A stretch of 64,000 bases of DNA from the human T2T-CHM13v2.0 reference genome, Homo sapiens. The notes under the pieces were generated by a model that searched no databases, was not told where the DNA came from, and saw nothing but the letters and a program-made list of their open reading frames with translations. Location: assembly GCF_009914755.1 (NCBI RefSeq), contig NC_060945.1; one strand, written 5' to 3'. Below, piece after piece: positions 56,281 to 64,000 of the stretch. Within the stretch, counting starts at the first letter, position 1; every line of letters begins with the position of its first letter. The translations under genes were made by a program, and so were the position numbers.

Positions 56281-56837
56281 TGTATTCATTTTCTACTGCT
56301 ATATCAAAATATTACCATAAATTCAACAGCTTAAAACAATGCACATTTATTATCCTGCCATTTCCAAGGACTCCAGCAGCCTTGTCTGGATTATTTGTAA
56401 GGCTTCCATCAATATGTCCACCTGGGTTGGATTCTACTCTTGAAATTTGACTAAAGAAGGCTATGTTTCATGTTTATGTTATTGATTGTAGAATTGAACT
56501 CCTTAGGGTTAGCAGTAGGCTCTTATTTTCTTGCCGGCTATTGACAGGAGGCCACCCTCAACTTGTAGAGGCCAGTCTCAGTTTCTTGCCTCTTGTTCCC
56601 CCAAACATAGCTGTTTGATTCATCAAGCCAACAGGGAAGGGTCTCCTTACATAATGGGCATTATAATATTATATAATGTAATCATGTACATATAATCTCC
56701 ACGTCTCATTATTTTTGCCTTATTGTATTAGTTAGAAGTAAGTCATGGGTTCTGCCATGAAAGAAGAGGATATTATGCAAAGGAGTAAATACTAGGAGAG
56801 ACCATGAAGGGGACAAATTAAGAGTGTTTTCATGGCA
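56281..56837 (-). mobile_element. Second MLT1E-class LTR
   Basis: tgtattcattttctactgct...cttaaaacaatgcacatttattatc...gttagaagtaagtca. Confidence 0.75.
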
Positions 56838-57380
56838 GAGAAATTTTGGAAAGCAAGAGTAGGAGTGGAGAGAAACATGTGTTTGGAGGGGGAGAGAGAA
56901 GGAGAGGTGAGAGAGAGGTCCATGTTGTTGTGGGTGGGTGAAGAACTAATGGCATTTAAGTTGAATTCAAGTATGTGTAAACTGATAGTGCTTCTTTATT
57001 TTATGGTAAAATGCTTGGTCTTTTATTCTGTATTTTTTCAAGTAATTATTGGTTTCTCTTGCTAGCACTTCCACTGATTAGGAATCATAGTTTCATATCA
57101 ATAAAATATTTTTTAAAAGTGACTGAACATTGATAGCAATATATTATTATTCTTAGATAGAAATAGAAAATGAATCAAAAAGTACTGGATTAAATTGCCA
57201 TAAAAGGTTAAGAATAGAGGTCATTTTCTTATCAAATTAAGTGTTTCCATATTCCTTTATTCAAGAAATCATTTTAAAAATGTAATGTATGGAAATGTAA
57301 ACCTTTCCATAAGTAAAAAAGAATATATATAGTTATTTATAACATATAATATATATTTATAATATATATTATATGTTATT

Positions 57381-57854
57381 TATTTTCTTCCTTCTGCCAT
57401 AATATATATTATTATGAATATAATATATATGGCAGAAGGAAGAAAATATGTTCATAATATATTATGAATATATGTTTTATATATTATATCTTTTATATAT
57501 TATATTTATAATATATTGTATATTTTATATAAAATATATATTGTATAATATACAATATATATTTTATATAAAATATACAATATATATTTTATATAAAATA
57601 TACTATATATATTTTATATAAAATATACTATATATATTTTATATAAAATATACTATATATATTTTATATAAAATATACTATATATTTTATAATATATAAT
57701 AATATATGTAATATATAAATAATATAATATATGTTATATATATTATATATAATATATATAAAATATATACTCATAATATATTATGAACATATTTTCTTCC
57801 TTCTGCCATATATATTATATTCATAATAATATATATTATGGAAGAAGGAAGAAA
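57381..57854. repeat. AT-rich nested palindrome with an internal 25-bp minisatellite (PATRR-like)
   Basis: 84-bp inverted arms at 57384-57467 and 57771-57854 (1 mismatch); 37-bp perfect inner arms centred on 57548; five 25-bp units at 57556-57680. Confidence 0.95.
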
Positions 57855-58189
57855 GAAAATATAAAAGTATGTTCAATCAAAGCATGCAATACTTTGGTTG
57901 AATGTGAAAAAAACAGTAAAATCAAAAGAAAGAGATTTTGAGTGGGAATTTTTTAAATTATATAGGTTTTTACATGTTACATTAAGGATATTATATCCTG
58001 AATTAGTTGGGAGGTTACTTTCTAAAAGGTATCTAAAATTATTTTTAATTAAAAACATCATAGTGTTGATAATATAAAATAATTAGCTTTGGATGATAGA
58101 ACATAGGAAAATCAGGAGTTTACTAAAATAGATCAAACTATATAATGAACATATATATCAGTTCAAAATATCAGTAATGATAAGGTAGG

Positions 58190-58900
58190 GGAAATGCCTT
58201 CTGGGATTTTTAGGAGGTGTTGATAGAATGTGTCATACAATTTAAAAAGAAGATGAGTCATTGATTTGGAACTACATGAATTAAGCAAATTGTGCTGAAA
58301 ATACATTAAAAGGGAATTTAGGAGAATTCATTTGTTAAAGATTGAGGAGCCAGGCAAAATATTTAGGTTTGGATATTTTGTGTTTGATATTTGAAAAGCA
58401 TCAGCATGCAGAAGACCTGCAAAGCCATATGAATGAGTATCATATTCTATGGAAGAATTTATATGCAATGACAACTTTTAGAATTCCACTGAAAGCTACT
58501 GAGAAGTAAATATCAAAAATGAGGAGAAGAAGGAGATAATGGAGTATAAGAGACCAAGGCAGAGAACAAGGAGATAGTGGAGTATAAAAGACCAAGGCAG
58601 TTTCAGGAAGGAAGCTGTCAATATGTCATATATGGATGTCAGAAGAAAAAAAAATCAAGCACTGTAAGTATAAAAATATTTATTGAATTTTACACTTGGG
58701 AATAAATATTTTTAAAATGAGTTTTGGAAAATTTTTGAAGCTAGAATTCATTTTCTTGTAGTTTAACAGTATTGTGAGTGGTCTACCTTTAGTTTAAGAT
58801 TAGGTGAGTAGGGCCATATAATTAAACAGTTAAATATTGAGAAGTGATTAGGTAGAAAGAGAAGAAAATACAATATATTTTGGGGGTGTTCAATGGGGTA
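58190..58900 (-). mobile_element. Highly diverged L2 with a 38-bp tandem duplication at 58525-58600
   Basis: gatatttgaaaagcatcagcat; gtttcaggaaggaag; duplicated ggagata(a/g)tggagtataa(g/a)agaccaaggcag. Confidence 0.5.
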
Positions 58901-58926
58901 TATAAGCCTAAGAAATTAACAACAGG

Positions 58927-59336
58927 TGTCTTAGTCCCAGTGTCTTAGACCATTTGTGCTGCTATAATAGAATGTAACAAACTGGATCATTTATAATGAA
59001 GACAAATATATTGGCTCATGATTCTGGAAGCTGAGAAGTCCAATATCAAGGCACGTGAAATTTTGGTGTGGGGGAAGGGACCAGTCTGTATTCTCAAGTT
59101 GGTGCCTTGTGTGCTGCATCCTCAGGAAGGAGAGACCATTGTTTCTCACGTGGCAGAAGAGTCAAGAGAGGGAGCCTGCTCATAAAAGCCCTTTGATTAA
59201 GGCATTAACTCCACCCATGAGGGTGGAGCCATCATGGCCTAATCAGTTTTTAAAAAAACTCAGCTCCCAATATCTATACATTGGCAATTAAATTTCAACA
59301 TGTGTTTCAGTGAGGACAGACATTCAAATCATAGGA
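58927..59336 (-). mobile_element. MSTD-like solo LTR
   Basis: tgtcttag...gctgagaagtccaatatcaagg...cattcaaatcatagga; TSD acagg/acaga. Confidence 0.85.
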
Positions 59337-59402
59337 ACAGATGAAGGCAAAAAAGACCAAGGAACAGATTTTATTTCAATATTTTGCTTAAATCTGCCCT
59401 AA

Positions 59403-59545
59403 AGCCTTGCTATTCAAAATGTGGACTGCAGAATAGCAGCATCAGCATCTCCTCAGAATCCCAGGACTTATCACAGACGTTCTGAATAGGAATCAACAGG
59501 TTAACAGTATTTCCAGGTGAAATTTGCATTACTCTTAACTATCCG
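59403..59545. mobile_element. MER5A-like hAT-Charlie MITE
   Basis: tcaaaatgtgg...cagcatcagcatc...cagaatcccagg...ccaggtga. Confidence 0.7.
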
Positions 59546-60439
59546 GATGTACGCAGGTCTGAACACTTTAAAGAAAAAGCATGTTCTGTCAACAGCTTAT
59601 GACAACTTATATTGCTGCTCACTTAGTCAATTTCATAATCCAAGCTAATTCAATGTCAAACAACTTGTACAGTAAGGTAACTAGTTTAAAAAATATATTT
59701 GTAAAGAGTACCTACTGGATTTAACTGATGTGAAATAAACTTGATTGTCGTTGTTGAGTAAACAGTCTTTAGTTATCTTATTATTTACATCTTAAAACTC
59801 CAGTTGTTCTCAATAGAGGAAACTAAAGACCCAGAAAGAGATATATAATTAAAAGCTGTCACCAAAGTGTGCATTTAGCATACCGTAAAGCAAAATTCTT
59901 CTTTAACTAATGGGAGGTTGAATAAGAGGTTCTGGTTCCTCTGCAACTAAAACTATTACACATCTGAGAATACCTAAAGCATATTCCTTAAAGACTTCAA
60001 GATCCCAATACGTCAATAAGCTACTATTAAATTGGAATCATATGAAAACTAACATAAACCCAGAAAGGATGCCATATTGTTGCACTATTGTCTTGATTCT
60101 CCAGTACTGAAATATGAATTACATTTACAATTAAAATAAATAAAAGATATTTATACCATCTGAAATAAAACTAATATTTTTCTATGTGAACTAAGAACAT
60201 AAATGTTTAAGATAATGTTCTATTCAAACAGGCAATCATGAAATGGAATAGTTAATTGTCAATAACTGTATAAGAAACATACCTTAATAATTGTATACAA
60301 CAAGATTTTATAATATAAAAATTTAAACATACAAATTATGTGAAAAAAAGATTTTAAAAGGTTTATAACATTTCCTCAACTTTTTCTAAGGAAACAATTA
60401 TAATAATAAATGATACTATATTCATTTTAACTCCAGTCT

Positions 60440-60580
60440 TTTACTCACTTATACTAATATTTTCTGACCATGTATTTTGGAACAGGCAATATGCTATGCA
60501 GCTGGGATACAATAGTAACATGAGAATCACTGCCTCCCACGAGCTTGACATTCAGAGAAGATATAACTAAAGTGATGAAT
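60440..60580 (-). mobile_element. L2 3' fragment
   Basis: caggcaatatgctatgcagctgggatacaatagtaa...tgcctcccacgagcttgacatt. Confidence 0.6.
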
Positions 60581-62429
60581 TTTTGTTCAACTTAAGGTAG
60601 CAGAATTACATGGAGGAAAGTGAATATCGATTTAGAATTAACGATCACTCTCCATTATCAGATAAGAATAATTTAATTGAAATGGTTACTAATACTATTT
60701 TTTTAGGAAATAAACTTTTTTTATATACATTAGAGTGATTGAAAACTAGTTACTAATCATGAAATCTGTACCCCCCAAAAAATCCTGTAGCAATGCTCTC
60801 AAAACTTTAATGTCCACTGGTTGAAATAAAGATTCTGATTTGCTGGATCTATGGCGAGGTCAAAGATGACAAATTTCAAGCAAGTTATACCAGTGTTGCT
60901 GGATTTTTCTTTTAATTGATTGGCAAAGTTGTATAACTGCTGAGTCACTGTTTCTGTTTCCTTCTTGGAGCCACTTTTCCCAAAAAATGAATGTTCTTGT
61001 TAGATTCTTTAAAAAAATAGTTGGATGTCTCTGTACAGTGAATATGTTAACTGTGGTTAAGACTTTGCCTGTGGCTTTTGAGGGCTTCATTTGCTCTGGT
61101 CTTTTACTTAAGCAGAATGAACTTTGCAACTTTCCTCACCAGGAAGCTGCTTTGTCAGTGCCTGAGGTTAGTACTGTGTGAGCAGGTGTACACAATTCCT
61201 GTATTGGAAGAAAAAGCAGTGCTTTGGAGCAAGAAAACTAAAATTGTCCGAGTCTTTTACACTTTGTTACTGGAACACTTGCCACAGTTAAAGAAATATC
61301 AGATATCCTGACAAAAGAAATAGCAAATGCCCTGACATTTTATTTATGTTCAGAGTAATTTATTTTTATAAGAACCACGTCTGGAAGAAAGATAAAATGT
61401 AGCTAAAACGTTTACAATCAAAGCACACTGAAATAGAGAGTGCTATTGTATTGATGAAATACCCCTTATCAGAGCAGACTCACAGTTTTGTAAATATGAC
61501 TATATTGTTAAAGATAAAGGAAGTACTTTTACTTCAGGCAGCCCACTGACTGAAATACACAATGCAAAAATAAGTTACTATTGTATGCTAAAAAGACTCT
61601 TTTACATATTCTTAAACTCCATTCAAAATAAAATCAGCACCAGAAGAATGTTAGACCGGAATAAAAAGAACCAATTGAAATCTGAGCTCTTTTGTTTAGT
61701 ATTCCTGAGATGTCATATATGACATACAATTTCTGAGTATCTGCACCTTTAAAAAATTAAAGATAAACTTTTTATGTCGTTTCCCTTTGAGACGATGAAG
61801 AGTAAATAAAAAATAAAAGTAAAATGTTTTATAAATTGCAAATTATGATGTAAATGCACAGCATCATTACTATGTGATGTTTGCCTAGCTTATTTCACTT
61901 AACATAATTACTATAACATTTGAAACGGGGGAAAACAATGACTTACTTCAACACTAGCTAATAGCAAAATGCTACATCAGGATGGATCCTAAATGTAATT
62001 GATCCACTATAAAGAGGAATTTTTTAATGTGCATATGTTGCCTTCTGGAATGACATATTTTACAATAAAAATGAAATGTTAAGCCAAATTAAGATTTTCC
62101 CTTCAAATTCATTTATTTTATTGCAGTATTTTGACACTTTCTATCAATGCCTTAGCAATAAATTAATATTTTCTATTACCTTGTAATTATATTATTACAA
62201 TGGAATCTAATTCTTTGCAAGATCTCTGAAAGAATAAAGAAGCTTTATCATTTAAAATCATTTTTTTAGAAAAATTATGTTAATAAATAAGACCTATATA
62301 TCTTCAACCTTACTATTATGTATTTGACTTGTACTTTTAGACAAAATGGAATAAATCTTTATTAATAAATTCTGCTTTTTATTTCATGGATGTTTACTTA
62401 ATCTAAAAAAAAAAATCTTCCCTAAGCCT

Positions 62430-63750
62430 ATTAGATAGGCTGGGCAAAATACGACAAACAATTTTTCAAAGCTTGCAATAAAGGAAAGCCCAGAAAATAA
62501 AAAACAAAAACAAAAAAAATGGTTGGTAGGCATAAAATAAAATGTAGATTCTCCTAAAAATGTTTGTCAATGACAGAGTCTTAACAGCAGCCCAGTATAA
62601 GGGATACAAGGCCTTGTAACCTCATAAAGTAAGAAGCTGAAACAGTAGCACCTCAGAATTTGTGGACCACAAAGAGATACACACTCAATGAAAAGGTAAA
62701 CTTTACAAAGTCCAACCTGGACTACAAGGAAAAGATAAGTTCTTTATTAGTTTTAGCTCCAGGTAGTGGAAACTATCCTCTCAAGAGGACAGGATACTTT
62801 AGCCATGTTCTTAATTATATTTGGGATTTGAATTTTTATTGTAACCTTATAAGACAACAAATACCTTTAAAGTGTTTTCGAGTTGGTAGTAACTGGGGCA
62901 CCTGGCAGCAGCAAACACAAATTCTCTCTAAAGGAAATGCCTATTAGCCTAAGCCCTAAGAATTACTACTGATTAAGATCATTCAAATATACGTTTACAA
63001 ACCTAAATTTCAACATATAATAAATAAATTATCATAAGTTAGTTTTAATAAAACAAAATTAGACAACTAAGTATTTCAGATATGTAAATTTTTATATATA
63101 TACACTATAAAATACATGTAATTTTTTAATGAAAGAATTGAAAATATGAGCAAGGAATATGAAATGAGAAAATATCAGAAGACAGTTTTAAAATTAACTA
63201 ATAAGAACTTGTAGAAATGAAAAATGTATTCACTGAATTTAAAAGTTCAATGGATGGTTTAATCTGAAGATTAGACACAGCCAAGAGATGAGAAATGAGT
63301 TGGAAGATATAACTGAGCATGCGTGTTAAGACAAGAAAGGCAAGGAATGAAAATTCTGAAAGCTGGGAAGAGTTGAGAGGCATAGATTATGGACCAAATG
63401 AGAAGGTTTAGTATGAATCCAACTGGCATTCTGAAAAGAGACAATGCAGAAATGGAAGAGGGAAGAAACAAGATTTAACAAAAAAAGGCTGTGAATTTCC
63501 CCAAATTGATAAAAAGCATGCATCTGTATTTTCAGGAATCATACTGAAACCAAGAAAATAAATTTAAAAAAATTTTCACCTGGAGAAATTATACTGAAAA
63601 TTTAGAACACTAAAGGAGATAAAGAAAATATTAAAAGAAAAAAGGCAGGCTACTTGTAAGAAGCAAAGATTAAGTGAATACACTAAATGATACTACGAAA
63701 CATCTTCAGAAATGAATGGGGATTATAAAGAAAATTATCAGGATATTCAT
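62430..63750 (+). mobile_element. Ancient L1M/HAL1 5' region and ORF1 remnant
   Basis: gaaatgaaaaat...tcaatggatggtttaa...agattagacacagc; gaatttccccaaattgataaaa. Confidence 0.65.
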
Positions 63751-64000
63751 CAGTATTGGTCAAGGATCTATGAGAATGTGATTTGGAAGAGCTAAAATGG
63801 CTAATCTCTTCCTTAAATAGTTTGATGAATTGTTGGTTTTCATGTAGTAATTTGTTATATTTAAATATGGAATAAAACATTAAAAAATCTAAAATACTGT
63901 AATTCTAATAAAAATGTTGTAAGTCAATTGATTAGGAAAAGAGTATACTTGGATAGAGACTTAAAGGAGTTAGTATTTGATCCTCAAAATTAGTATCAAC

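Noticed and set aside
57556-57680. Regular 25-bp palindromic units as a CRISPR-like array
   Set aside because: No spacers, eukaryotic context; this is a minisatellite
60860-61129. 89-aa minus-strand ORF
   Set aside because: Non-ATG start, no recognisable domain, length within chance
61710-61725. 16-bp perfect palindrome atgtcatatatgacat
   Set aside because: About one such palindrome is expected by chance in 64 kb of AT-rich DNA

Overview
AT-rich primate (most likely human) genomic DNA, either intronic or gene-desert. I can support no protein-coding gene, structural RNA gene or CRISPR array. Roughly half the window is fossil transposable elements: Alu J/S/Y, L1PA/PB/M fragments, L2, MIR, MaLR/ERVL/ERV1 LTRs, and hAT, Tigger and piggyBac DNA transposons. 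Most ORFs in the track are Alu, L1, LTR or microsatellite artefacts. The most notable structures are: (1) a nested AT-rich palindrome resembling a PATRR at 57.38-57.85 kb; (2) a decayed ERVL (LTR47-type) provirus at 2.4-5.6 kb with readable protease, RNase H and integrase remnants; (3) a four-layer nest L1M > MER75 > MER57 > Alu at 14.07-15.27 kb with the piggyBac and LTR target-site duplications (TSDs) intact; (4) several templated or foldback insertion scars, one matching L1 sequence 1.9 kb away; (5) an Alu-Alu fusion inside one TSD pair; (6) all ten MaLR LTRs on the minus strand, hinting at a plus-strand host transcript. Subfamily names come from recalled consensus sequences and need RepeatMasker/Dfam confirmation. 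I see no evidence of a new multi-gene biological system.
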